DNA of 63,777 nucleotides, the filler included, from Chrysochromulina tobinii (Eukaryota): the NCBI GenBank assembly GCA_001275005.1. It is 10 parts of 10 records of this genome, joined end to end, with 100 filler letters (N's around TTAATTAATTAA, not from the genome) between each part and the next. Parts side by side here need not be neighbours in the genome. Positions count along the whole stretch, not along the records: positions 23,055 to 24,608 come from JWZX01000420.1; positions 24,709 to 37,776 come from JWZX01000421.1; 8 more parts are not named here. The stretch is one strand, 5' to 3'. Position 1 is the stretch's first letter, and each line of letters begins with the position of its first letter. Below the pieces are notes generated by a model. It had not been told where the DNA came from. It made no database searches and was given only the letters and a program-made list of their open reading frames with translations. The position numbers and the translations under genes were made by a program. This document shows positions 22,955-35,351 of the stretch, one piece after another.

Positions 22955-23940
22955 NNNNNNNNNNNNNNNNNNNNNNNNNNNNNNNNNNNNNNNNNNNNTT
23001 AATTAATTAANNNNNNNNNNNNNNNNNNNNNNNNNNNNNNNNNNNNNNNNNNNNATCCGCGCGTGTAACAATGGCTGCAGGAAGCGGCTTGCTGATCGAT
23101 CAACACTTGCACCACCACAGTCGACTTTTCCCCTTTCTGCTTGGTTTCGCGAGGATCAAGAATTACCTACACAGTGCCTCACGTCAAGATGTGACGTTTT
23201 GAGCAGCTATACATAGACACATGCTAGAGACGCATCTACACGAGTACACGTGTACAAGCAGCGTCCACAGGAGGCGGCGTGCTCATCGATCTGCACTTGC
23301 AGACACCAGCACCAAGTGGATTCCCCCCCCCATTTCTCGGCCCTTCCATCTTCCTCGAAACAGTATCAAGCTCCCCATCACTGTGTTACAATGTCTCCGG
23401 CTGCGGACCACTTCCTCAGATGGAACGTCGATAGAACCTAGGACACACACACGAGCTCCCAAGATATATTAGCTATCAGGTACTTTCGCTAAGATAGGAA
23501 TAGAGGTTCTGTATGTCCTAGTTTCTTCCTGACTTCTAAAGGCATTTCGTTTTCAGGTGGCTTTCCTGGAAAAAGGGGCGAGGTGCCTCGATTTTGCAAG
23601 GTGAATCCAAACGCGTGGTAGAACGGCATACCCCCATGAATGTTTCTATGCATGCGAGTATGCCCCCCAATGCGATTTTGACAAAACATCAATAAAGCGC
23701 AACAAATCGAAAGGGATGCGCATGCGTTTGAGGCACACACAGTTTGCGTGGGGACGTTTCCTAATTTGGGGACACCTACCTTACCTTGAACACCTTGAAC
23801 ACCTCTGTGGGTTTTACCGGTCTTTTTCGTTCAAGTGCCAGTGTACGCGACGTTTGACAATTCTGACAATGTTGGACCTTTGGGGTGCGCGGGTCGCAGG
23901 CGCGCGCTGCAACTCCACGCTCATTCGCGCTGCGCGCGCG

Positions 23941-24194
23941 CGCGCCATTGCTGACGGATCTCGGGAACCTGAGTACGCCCCGCCTACGAACCGCCCCTTG
24001 CACCTGCCGCGCGCTCCTCACACCATTGCGTTTGCCAATGCAGGTGCCATGCAAGTCACACCAAGCTGGCGCAACGTCACTCCGCCGCGCCATTGCTGAC
24101 GGATCTCGAGACCCTGAGTACGCCCCACCTACGATACACCTACGAACCGCCCCTTGCACCTGCCGCGCGCTCCTCATACCGTTGCGTTTGCCAA
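23941..24194. repeat. Imperfect direct repeat of about 100 nt (23941-24038 and 24086-24194) on an apparently non-coding contig
   Basis: CGCGCCATTGCTGACGGATCTCG..ACCGCCCCTTGCACCTGCCGCGCGCTCCTCA..TTGCGTTTGCCAA occurs twice. Confidence 0.8.
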
Positions 24195-24708
24195 GGCATA
24201 TGTGCCATCTTGCAAGTCACTGACTATCTGATGCGTGAGAAGCGTGTTGAGCATAGCGCGACAGATAGCGCGCGGTAAGCGCGCGGCGACCGCTGACACT
24301 CGCGTTTTGGCCCCTTCGCTCTCGCAGGTCCACTCACGAGATCGTCTGCAAATGGAGCGTGCAAATGGCGAAATGGGTTATTCGGTGTGGTCACCATCCT
24401 GGTGCAAATGGAACGCACCAAGGTGGATTCTACGAGACTTTGACCTCGCTGGTATACTTTGCCCTGCTCGCAACTCCACTCTATACCTGAGACCGACCCT
24501 GGTGCGCGCCACGAGCGGTGCTATCAGGAGCCCGCATGCCTCACTCTTGCCTCACGCTCTGCTCTCCCCCTGCAGCCTACCTGCAGCCCTTGCCTACCTC
24601 ACACTCAGNNNNNNNNNNNNNNNNNNNNNNNNNNNNNNNNNNNNNNNNNNNNTTAATTAATTAANNNNNNNNNNNNNNNNNNNNNNNNNNNNNNNNNNNN
24701 NNNNNNNN

Positions 24709-27700
24709 GAGGAGAAGGAGGAGGTGAGGGCTCGGGTGGCGAGGGGGAGGGCGGAGGCGGAAGTTGCGGCGAGGGTGGCGGCGGTGAGGGCGGCGATGGC
24801 GGCGGTGGCGGCGGCGAGGGCGGGGGTGCTGGGCAAGTTGAGACTGTGCCATAGACGTCGGTGAGGGTCATCAGCCTGGAGCAGACGGTGCCTCCTAAGA
24901 CACAGACATTGGGCCCCTGGGTGGAGAATAGGGGATGCGAGGTCACAAAGGAGGACACAAAAGCAAGGCATCCCATTTAGGGTAACGGGCACTTTTGAAT
25001 ATGAGTGCGCACGTTTGAAGCTGTGTTCCCACTGATATTGCTCGATGAGATGGCCACTGTGCCGGCATTGAGGGCGACACCGCCGCCCTGTGGGCAAACA
25101 ACGAGCAAAAGGTGAGACTCGGGTGATGGGTTTTGAGCGTGAGCGCGCGCGCACTTCGCTAGCTGTGTTCCCACTGATGGTGCACGATGAGAAGGTCACC
25201 GTGCCACTTCCGTGATTTCCGAGGAAGAAACCGCCGCCCTGTAAACAACGAGCAAACGTGAGTCTCCCATATGTAAGGAGGGAAATTACTCTGAGGCACG
25301 TACGTAACAATTCTGTTGTTGACCAGAGCATCGGCCGCAATTGTGCAAACGAGGATCGAGGTAGAGGTCAGAAATGTCAGCCATTTCCCCAAGGGGGCAA
25401 TGGGAAATTTTGAGCATGAGCGCGCACTTGGCCAGCTGAGTTTCCACTTATGGTGCACGATGAGATGGCCACTGTGCCCCAAAAGACAGCGACACCGCCG
25501 CCCTGCAAAAAGGAGCAAAACAAACGTGAGTCTCCCATCGGGGCGATGGGAAGATTTTCAAGGTCTCTGCAGCACGTACGTTCTGAAGTTGACCGGAGCG
25601 TTTGCAGTTGTGCAAGCGTGAGTCAAGGCAAGCATGTCAGCCATTTTCCCATCGGGGCGATGGGGTTTTGCAGGCGTGGCTGGCGCGTACTCCTCCCTGG
25701 TAGAACCAAAGATCGATCCCAATTGAAAGATGAGAGTCGATTGGGCGGGTCAGCAGGAATTCCCATCGGGGCGATGGGGAAATTCAATGTCTCTGCGGCA
25801 CGTACGTTCTGAAGTTGACCAGAGCGTCGGCCGCAGTTGTGTAAGCGTGAGTCGTCGCAAGCACGTCAGCAATTTACCCATCGGGTCGATGCGAACTTTT
25901 GAACATGAGCGCGCACGTTCCCACTGATGGCGCACGAATCAATGGTCACTGAGCCATGCCCGACATGGACACCGCCGCCCTGCAAACAACGAGCAAAATG
26001 TGAGTCTCCCATCGGGGGGATGGGAACTTTTGAAGACGAGCGCGCACATAGTTGCCAGCTGTGTTGGAGTAGATCTGGGAGTTCACGATGGACACTGTGC
26101 CACTCCCGACATGGACACCACCGCCCTGCAAACAACAAGCAAAACGTGAGTCTCCCTTCGGGGCAATGGGAACTTTTGAGCGTTGGTGCGCACATTGGGA
26201 GATGAATTCCCACTGATAGTGCATGATGAGATGGTCACTGTGCCAGAAGAGACAAAGACACCACCACCCTGCAAACAACGAGCAACACGTGAGTCTCCCA
26301 TAGGGGCAATGCGAACTTTTGAGGATGAGCGCGCACACAGCTATCAGTGGGAGCTGTGTTCCCACTGATGGTGCTTGACGAGATGGTCACCGTGCCACCC
26401 TGGATATAGACACCACCGCCCTGCAAACAACAAGCGAAAACGTGAGTCTCACATGGGGGCGATGGGAACTCTTGAATATGAGCGCGCACATTGCGAGCTG
26501 TGTTCCCACTGATGGCGCACGACGAGATGGCCACTGTGCCACCCTGGACATTGACACCGCCGCCCTGCAAACAACGAGCAAAACTTGAGTCTCCCATGAG
26601 AGCGATGGGAACTATGAGAGTTTCAGGCGCATATGGCACGTACGTCCAACTGGTAGATGGAGGCAGCACCCATCATCAACGACGGGAGTCGAATAGGGCG
26701 TGTCAGCAAGGCATCCCATTAGGGCGATGGGGAATTTACAGGTCTCTGCGGCAGCCACGTACAGACTGTACGTACCCCCTGGTGATGTTGAGCCCGATGA
26801 GTTGCACGACGCCCAATGAGCCCGGGTTGATGTTCAGCACACGGCGCCGACTCGAGGAGCTGGCTTGTGCATCCAGCACGACCGAGCCTGCCACCGCCGC
26901 CTCGATGACAACGCTCCTGGTGACGCTGAGCTCGGCGTTGAGGAAGTAGGTGCCGGGGTCAAGGACAATGCGGCCGACGCCTGTATTGGCGAGTGCACTG
27001 AGCAGGCCCGCGCTGGTGCTCACCGCAGTCTGCAGCTCACGGCGGTGGTTGGGCATTAGGGGTGTCTGCGGAAACATCCGAACGGGTGGAGGAGGTGGAA
27101 TCCACGGTGGTGGAATGGGCGGGTACGGCGACGAGGATTGAGGTGGCGTCGGGCCAGAGTCCAGAGGGTACAGGGACGGCGTGGGTGGGGGCATCAGTTG
27201 GGAAGGCGAGGGCGGCCAGGGTGGCAAGGGCTGAGGCCGTGACCGTGGGGTCGGCGACGCGGATGAGGGCGGCAAAGGAGTTTGCGGGAACGAAGGGGCT
27301 GTCACGAGGCTGCTGCCTGCAGAGGAAGGGCTGGTCAGGCTGGGGACGACGCCGGCCTGGGCCTGCTGCGCACGATGGTGACTGGGCGCGTGCTGGACTG
27401 CGTGCATCCCGGCAACAGGGTGGTCGCTCGTTTCGGCGTCGGCCAAGACCGTTATGCCCGAGGGGACAGGTGGACACGTGCCACACGCGACCGGGCAAGT
27501 GGTGCGCGCAATGGAGATGGAAGCGCAAACAGAGGGCTGTGCTGCGAAGTAGGAGCACGGCATGGGTGCGCCGCTTATATCAAAGGCACCACTGTTCATA
27601 TCATCAGCGCATTGAGTGGGCGGAGGCGGCCGCGGTGGCGGCATTCGCGCCGACTCTGCCTGATGCGCACCAGTCCCATCGCCATCGGGTGGTGCCGTTG

Positions 27701-29678
27701 TCACTATGGCACTCGACCGCGGGACGACGACGAAAACGAGCAAGGCCAATGCGAAGCGCTGGCTACAATGCGTCTGATTCGCAAAGCGCCCGTTTGGACC
27801 GGATCGTCTCCGCGACGCGCAAATCGCCCAGACGAACGACGCAAGCCTGAGCAAGACGAATGCGAGGTCGAAGCACTCCACCAACTTCCAAGGCACACCG
27901 TTCAAGTCCGCCGCTGCCTTGATGGGGTCCCCCGCAGTATCCTCGCTCACGTTCGTCTGGTCGTACGGGAACGAGTACTTGACGTCGGCGTCCCAGATTG
28001 TGCTCGTCATGAAGAGCTCCTCGAGTGCTATAAAGACCTCGCCCTTGCGCAGCCCGTAGTCGGCCGTCATCGAGTTACGCTCAGCGCGAGTGCACGCAGC
28101 GTAGCGGCAGATGGCGCACGAATCGAGGGTGGACTCACCAGACAGGTTGCGGTAGAGGCCAGTGCCGCCGACCGCGGTGGACAGGAACGGGCCCGATGCT
28201 GTGTTCGGGTGCGAGCCGTCGGTGCCACATAGCGGCTTGATGATGTGCGCCACGAGGCGGCTTGCCAACGGCCTTGCCGCATGGAGCATCTCACGGCCAG
28301 CAGAAGGAAAGTCGTTGAGATTGCAGGTTAGTTTCGTACCCACCGCCATCGACGCATCAGGGCTCTGCGAGGCGGGGGTGTTCGCCACTGGCTCTGCCAA
28401 CACGTTGCGCTCGCGGTCGACCTGGTCCAAAGAGGAGGCGCGCGGCGCAAACATGGGCGCGATGAAGAAGGCCACAAGCCGCTCGAGCACCGGCACAACA
28501 TTGCTGCTGACCACCCTGAAGAAGAAGTCGTTGCGGATCTTGTCAATGAAGGCGTTCGAGCCGCCGCACGCCGAGGTGAGGAAGGTCTTGTCGTCGTCCT
28601 CCTCGGGGAGCGTGGCATTCGAGATGAAGAGCATGTCCTCGTCCAAGTGCGCGATCGCCGGGTACCCCTTCGGGTCCGAGTAGCTGCCTGTCGACACGTC
28701 GACTGAGGCCACCATGATGGTGGCGCTTGGGTTGGAGCCAAGGAGCACCTTCATGCTATTGTCAAGCTCGATGGGCATGTACGAGCGCTTCTCCGTGTGG
28801 GCGAGCGAGAAGCTGCCCTGGTGACGCCTCGTCACGGCAGGGTTGTAGGGCATGTAGGGCGAGTCGGGCTCCGTCGCCATGAGCTTCAGCTCCGGCGACA
28901 CATAGGCCTTCATCGCACCCAGCTCCGGGCTCGGCGGCGAAGCGGAGTTATTCACCAAGGGCTCCGCGAACACATTGCGCTCGCACTCCACCTGGTCCGA
29001 CGAGGCGCGCGTCGCAAACGTGGGCGCGATAGAGAAGGCATCAATCATGAAGTGGGCGCGAGGAAGATGACACTCGCAGCCGGTGTGGAAACATGCATTC
29101 GAGCAGATGCTAGGCGCCGTGCCAGTGCTTGGCGACTCAATGCTGAAGCCGGCGGTGGGGCTCTCGATGATGTTCTTCGACGTGAAGAACAGGTACATGT
29201 TGAGCGACACCGTCGACGCCGGGAGCGCAGACGGGGTGTCGGTGCTGCTTTGAGTGCAATTTTCGATGCAGATGCAAGGATGCGTCGAGACGTTGGCGAG
29301 GATCACGTTGCCGAATTTGCGGCCCGAGCCCTCGCGCATGCGCATCTTCGCGTTTCTCACGCGCGTCGAGAGGCCGCCGGCGCCCACGAGGGTCATGCTG
29401 TAGAAGGCAGGGAGCAGCGAGCGGCAGCGCGGCGTGCTCGCGAACCTCAAATTGCCCACGGCGCCGAGCACCGCAAACAGGAACAGGCGCTTGCCTCGCA
29501 TTGTTTCGAAGGGCCGGCTCTTGGGGAAGGAGATGAGAGCAAATCCGCTGGTCGTCCGATGCGCGCGCGCTGTTCGACGGGTCCGTGGGTCGTTCTTTCT
29601 TCGCAGTGCGTTCTGCGATGCGAATTTCCATACACACGAGACTATTCCAAGTCCGTTTGGGGAGCTGGAACGGACCAT
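24709..29678 (-). CDS. Secreted or surface parallel beta-helix (Pmp-like GGG repeat) protein with ShK-like and Pro-rich segments. 5' extent uncertain, 3' end truncated
   Basis: Long first ORF with CADD..C..C..CPVACGTC and RIVLDPGTYFL..VVQLIGLNITRG. It is followed by eight mini-exons GGGVxVxxGTVxISSxxISGNTA and then a PPPSPPP stalk. Confidence 0.7.
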
Positions 29679-29774
29679 ACCCCAGCACCCCGAGGTTGGC
29701 TCTCAATCCGTTCACACACCAATTTAGCTCGGCACGACGCTTGACGAGCTGTTGTTCCAAAGACGCAAGCCGCC

Positions 29775-30431
29775 ATGGCCGTCGCTCCAGCCCACCTTTC
29801 GGTGCAGGAGAAGCGCAAGTTCATGGCCGCGGTTCTCGCCGAGACCCAAAGGGAAATGAGCGTTGCCGTTGACCTGCTGGGCATCGCCACCCGCTCCGCG
29901 GTGCCCTACCCCTCCACGTGGACCGGCAAAGCCATCTCGATGACCGGGCCGATCCCGCAGGACATGCACCTGGTCCCATCGGGCACGACGGTCATGATGT
30001 CGGCGCAGCCCGACTTCATGGCTATGGACGGTGGCCATGAGATCCTCGGGCTTTCTGGCAAGCCGTACGCTGGATACACGAAGCCGCATGAGTCCATCTT
30101 CCTTGCAAAGCAGCCGCCAGTTCCGCCTGTAAAGAAGGTGCGGCAACGCACAGATGAGGAGGTGGAGTTGTGGAAGGCTCAGTTCAACGAGTGGACGCTG
30201 CAGAAGAATTCCTACAACCCCGACATTGCCGCCGCGACGCGCACCAACGTGCGCAAGGCGGCCTCGCTCATGGCGCCGCCACTCGACAAGCCGTCGGACC
30301 CCGCGCGCACATCCGAGAATGTGCGCGCCGCGCTCTCCGACTCGTCGGTGACGGGTATGTGCCCACCCAAAGCCAAGGAGAAGATCGGGCCGGGCACGTA
30401 CTTTCCGTCGTCCATGCAAAGCTTCGATTGA
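29775..30431 (+). CDS. Hypothetical protein (218 aa)
   Basis: GCCATGG start context and strong GC3 codon bias. No family recognised. Confidence 0.65.
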   Translation: MAVAPAHLSVQEKRKFMAAVLAETQREMSVAVDLLGIATRSAVPYPSTWTGKAISMTGPIPQDMHLVPSGTTVMMSAQPDFMAMDGGHEILGLSGKPYAGYTKPHESIFLAKQPPVPPVKKVRQRTDEEVELWKAQFNEWTLQKNSYNPDIAAATRTNVRKAASLMAPPLDKPSDPARTSENVRAALSDSSVTGMCPPKAKEKIGPGTYFPSSMQSFD

Positions 30432-30912
30432 TAGCAGCGTGCATCGGTAAGAGAGTGGCGAGGAGCCGTGTTAGACCATCACCAATGGATGGTACCCGCT
30501 CTCGTCTATAGTGTACCCGACGAGATACTATGCGCGGAAATGTACGTGTGAGGCACGTGAGGGGGGTTTTCCGTAATCTGATCTCTGTCGCAGATGCCAG
30601 CCATTTCACCCTACTACCCAGGACCTCGACCGTGCCCGTGCCGGTATGCCCGTGTCTCCCTCGACCCGGGTCACGATCCCGGCGAGCCCGTGCGCCGGCA
30701 GCAGCGGGGGCCGGTACACGATGTCGTGTGAACATGGCACGAGCACACATGCGGTGAGACGTACGATGATTACATATGCGACGTGGCGTGCACCCGCGCG
30801 GTTCAAGGACTCAGGGAAGTGCTGTAGGGAAGTGCTGTGTCGAGCAGTCGAGAAAGCCGAGCTGTGCTCAGCACGGCGTAATAGGAACGGCGGAGGAGCC
30901 TCGACGTGGGCC

Positions 30913-32568
30913 TCATGAGACCTCAACGGCCTCGGCCTCCTTGTCATCCCCCTCCTTCTTGTCACCCTTCTTCTTGTTCTTCTTCTTCTTCTTGTCCTCG
31001 GTCGAGATCGCGAGCAGCTCGACGAGCGCCGGGTCCTCGACCTTGTGCTCGCTGCTCACCTCGGGCGGCGGGCCGCCGGTGATGCGCACCGTCTTGTCCG
31101 ACGGCATCATCATCGCGGTGAATTTGTACTGCGCGACGAACTCGTCCTTCTGCTCATACAGCACCGGGTATTCAATGAAGAGGTTATGCTTGACACACTC
31201 GATGATGCCCATGCGCCACTCTCGCTCGTTGCCCGCCCGCAGCGTGAAGGGCATGGTAGGGAAACGCTCGTTGACCTGATGAAAAGAGCACTCAGGGGCG
31301 GTGAGAGGGGCCCTGTGAAGCCATCTGCGTGTGGGCGGCATGGTGGGGCCAACGCTCGCGCTCTTACCTCCGAGAAGAAGGCGCGCGACGCCTTCATCTT
31401 AAGGGAGTACTTCTCCTCTACGTTGCGCTTGTGGACCGTAGTGCGGTCGTCCAGCTGCGCGGAGAGAGAAAGCAGAGCCGCGGCAATCAGCAGCCGCAGC
31501 AGCACGCGAACGCGCGCGCGACCGAGGCACACGCGCGGGAGTCGAGAGGAGAGAAGAGGAGAGGTGTGGCGAGATGGCGCGAGATGGCGCGAGATGGCGC
31601 GCGGGCCAACGCGTGCAGGCAGCCCGCGGCGACCGCGGCAGCGGCAGCAGGAGCAGCAAACGGCTCCTCTGGGCCGCTCCTCGCCGCTTGGTGCGGGCTG
31701 CGGCCGCCAGTATTGCGACCGCTGGAGCTGATGCCGCCGCCTCGAGGCTCTCTGGGGGTGGGCTTCGCGTCGCGTGGGCCGTACGCACCTGCTTGGGCTT
31801 GCCCTCGCCCGTGCTCATCACGACGTCGATCGCGAAGACGTCGTTCTTATCGATCGTGTTCTCGGGCACCTGCTGCTCTGCCGTCATCTTGTTGATGATT
31901 GTCTTGTTCGCGTCGATGACGAAGCGCTTCATCTGATGGGAGAGGACGCCCTCGACGGGCGTGCACTTGAAGCTCTCCGCGATCGTCGCGATCGCCTTCG
32001 TGATCTCGTTGTTCTTCGCACCCTCCTTGAGCATCCGCTGCGCCACCTCGGACGCCGTCCACGCCGCCATGATCACATCCGCCTTGCGACCCTCCGCCTT
32101 GACGCCGCCCACAATCGCGGTGTGCGCGACGACGGCGACGTAGCCGTCCACGTGCACGCCCAGGTCAATCTTGACCAAGTCGCCCTCCACGAGCGTCACC
32201 TTGTCCTCCGAGACGAGCGGCGAGTAGTGGCCCACGCAGTTGTTGACCGAGATGCACGTCGGGAAAGCGATCCCCTTCTCGACGAGCTTCTTGCCGTCCT
32301 TTTTCTGGTTGTAGATCTTGCTCACCGCTTCGTTGATGTAGTCATCACCTGTGTTGCACAGCTCCACGCATAGCTTGCCCGGCACGCACACCGCGAGGAC
32401 TGCGGCCAGCGCCTTGTTTGCAATGTCTCCCGCCGTGCGGTATTTGGTCACAATGTCCGGGTTGGTCAGATCGTTTGACGTCGCCTCGTCCGGCTCAGCC
32501 TCCTCGGCATCGTCGATCTCAACCGACGACACGTCGTCATCCTCCTCCTTCTTGTCCGCCTTCGGCAT
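30913..32568 (-). CDS. PA2G4: Proliferation-associated protein 2G4 / EBP1. Exons 32568-31789, 31454-31368, 31275-30913
   Basis: VTKYRTAGDIAN, KGIAFPTCISVNNCVGHYSP, KIDLGVHVDGY, YSLKMKASR, FPTMPFTLR and a Lys-rich tail. Two phase-0 GT-AG introns. Confidence 0.95.
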
Positions 32569-32889
32569 GGCGCGACAGCCTGAAGAGCGGACCTGGAGGC
32601 TGCGTGGACGATGGGCGGCACACACGGAGCGAGGCAGGCGCTTCTGTGAGCACCATAGTGCGAAGACATGCTGGACGCAGCAGGCGCGCGCCTGGCGGCG
32701 GCTGGCGGGGTGCGTGGCGGGCGCTCAGGCAGTGATCGACGGAGGCATCATCACAGACCGATTGGTTGCGTCGACCCGAGGTTCGGCAGTGCGAGGGGAG
32801 ATGGTGGGCTCGACGCGACGGAAGTCCGCAGAGCCCGTGAAGACGAAACACCCACCCGTACATTGTACGCGCAGACTCGTGAGAGAGTG

Positions 32890-32930
32890 TGAGTGAGTGA
32901 GTGAGTGAGTGAGTGAGTGAGTGAGTGAGT
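32890..32930. repeat. (GAGT)n microsatellite, with a shorter copy near 11370-11392
   Basis: Directly visible. Confidence 0.9.
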
Positions 32931-33279
32931 CTCGTGAGATGGCGGCCGTCTCTCTCCCGGGCGTGGGGGAGGAGTATGTACGCAAGAAGAGGCAATAGCA
33001 AGTAAACCACACGGTACACGCCAATGGCAGGTTGGCAGCGTAGGGCCGTAGGGGCACGTGGCGAGGGGGGTACCCAAGCATACAGAGCGTGTACGGTGTT
33101 CGGCGTGGGGGAGTAGCGACAGACGGACAGGACGAGTGCGCGAATAACCAATAACGTGTGATGTTCTGATGTAAGTTGTAACATGTACGGTACAATGTTG
33201 GAGGTATTATCGGGTAAATATCGGGATCGGATCGGGATGCGGGATGGAGTGTGACTCGGAGTGCTCATACAATCTTGTG

Positions 33280-33789
33280 CTACACGGTCGACTGCACAAG
33301 CGCTCCTGCGACGGATGCACTCGTGTTGGCGCAACCCACCCATTCAGTACCACCTGTACCATGACCTGTCACGCTAGAGTTTGTGCTGGAGCTGCATCGC
33401 GTGTCGCCGCCCGATGCGCCAGCGCGCCCTTGCGGCCACGCGAGTATGACCACGACGCCCGCGAGACAAAGCAGCCCACCGATCAGGTCGCCGGTACGGA
33501 GCTGCATGTCGTCAAAGATGCGCCCCCACGCGAAGCTCATGCCAATAAAGACACCGCCGTATGCAGCGTCCAGCCGACCAAAGTCGTCGCCCACCACCTC
33601 CGGCTGCAGGGTCATCACAAACCCGTAGCCAGCGAGAACCCCGGCGCCCAATAGGCAATACCACCACGGCTTGCCTTCGCGAAGACTCTGCCACACGAGC
33701 CAGCCGCCGCCTATCTCGCAGACGCCGGCCACAAAGAACAGGACGATACTACGCAACACGTCCAGAACCAACAAAGTACGCGATGCCAT
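33280..33789 (-). CDS. YnfA/UPF0060-family (SMR-like) small membrane protein
   Basis: AGVCEIGGGWLVWQSLREGK and FGRLDAAYGGVFI match YnfA signatures. Four TM segments. Confidence 0.85.
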   Translation of the reverse strand: MASRTLLVLDVLRSIVLFFVAGVCEIGGGWLVWQSLREGKPWWYCLLGAGVLAGYGFVMTLQPEVVGDDFGRLDAAYGGVFIGMSFAWGRIFDDMQLRTGDLIGGLLCLAGVVVILAWPQGRAGASGGDTRCSSSTNSSVTGHGTGGTEWVGCANTSASVAGALVQSTV

Positions 33790-34144
33790 GTGGTGGTAAC
33801 GTGTCTGAAACAGGAGAGAGCCAGGGGTGCCGCGCGTGCCGAAAAGTCAAATGGTCTGACGGCCTCCGGGCCCAGGGCCAGGAGCGGTCACCGAGTGCGA
33901 GATGGATGGTCGTTTCTGTTTGTGTGAAATTGTTGACGAGACCGTTGCGCCTGCGTCCGCCTTGAAGACGGCGCGCGTAGTTGTCGTTAAGCTTCTTGAT
34001 GAGCGCCTTTAGTTGTTGATTCACACGTTAATTACTACTTGCCTTTTTTAGGCGTTGATGAGGAAGCGCTGCGAAGGACGGAGGAACGCGATCACTGATT
34101 GACGATCGGCAATCTCTGACGCTATCGGCTTCAACTCTCGGCCC

Positions 34145-35351
34145 ATGCCCTGTTTTCACCACTTTGAGGCCATTGCAGGCGCCGAGCCGATGCCAGTCCG
34201 GCCTGCACTCATCGCTCGCCCTGATGGCAAAATAGTCTGGTGCAACATGGCCTGGTGCACCCTCTGCGCCTTCAATGGGCCAGAGGATGCCATCGGACGC
34301 GACCTGCGATGCATTCAGGGACCCGGAACTGATAAAGTTGAACTCATGCGGCTCATGGACGCCATCCGGTCACATGCCTCCGCCATCAGTGCAACCCTCA
34401 TCAATTACGACCGTCATGGAATGCCATTCCGACACACGGTCGACATAGTGCCGCTCGCAGACCCGCAGGGAGAGGTGTCGCTCTTCCGCGCGACCTCCCG
34501 AGATGTGACCAGGTTCACGCAGGAGCACGGGCGATGCACGCTCGACACAGGGTCGAACCAGGTTGACGAGCTCGACGGCCGGCGGGCCATCGACACCTGC
34601 TGCGCGGCCTTCGACGCGACCAATGAGGTTGCCACCAGCAGCAGCAGCAGCAGCTTCCAGCCGAAGGAGAGTGTGCCTCGCGGGATCTCGTCCAAGCAGC
34701 CCTCTATGGTAGTGCTCACGCGCGCGCAGGCGCCGTACCCCATCGTGTGGGCCTCCGAGGGCTGGCTCGACGTATGCGGCTACTCCGCGGCAGAGATCAT
34801 CGGTATGACCATGAAGCTGATCCAAGGTCCTCTCTGATGGCCTCTCTGATGGCCTCTGATTGCTTCCCTCATCAGGTATGACCTTGAAGCTGATCCAAGG
34901 TCCTGGAACCGACCGCAAGGCCATCGGGCGGCTGATGGAGGCGGTGCGCGCGCAGACGGACGTGGCAGACATCCCGCTGATCAACTATGACAAGCGCGGC
35001 CAGCCCTTCCAGCACCTTCTCTCCGTGCAGCCGGTCTTCGAGAAGGGCTTGCATGCGCCGCCCACCCTCTACCGCGCCACCTCAACTGACACGCGCTCGC
35101 TCTCCTGCGGATGTCCATTAGGGGCGCCGGCTAATTGCGGCGCTCATCTTCGAGCCGCCACCGTCGCGAACGAGGCGCCCACAAAGGCGTCCGACGGGCC
35201 TAAGGCGGTCGAGGATCAGTTTTGGGCCGAGGAGCTCGAGCAACACGGGCACGCGTGGAAGGACGTCGCCGACGATCTTGCGATGCTCGCAGATCTTGCG
35301 TTGCTCGCACTCGAGCGCCGGGTGGCCAAGGTCTCAGCGTGGGCATCCTGA
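34145..35351 (+). CDS. Tandem PAS/LOV-like domain protein. Exons 34145-34802 and 34876-35351
   Basis: IGRDLRCIQGPGTD..LINYDRHGMPF and IGMTLKLIQGPGTD..LINYDKRGQPF. Intron 34803-34875 restores the frame. Confidence 0.85.
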
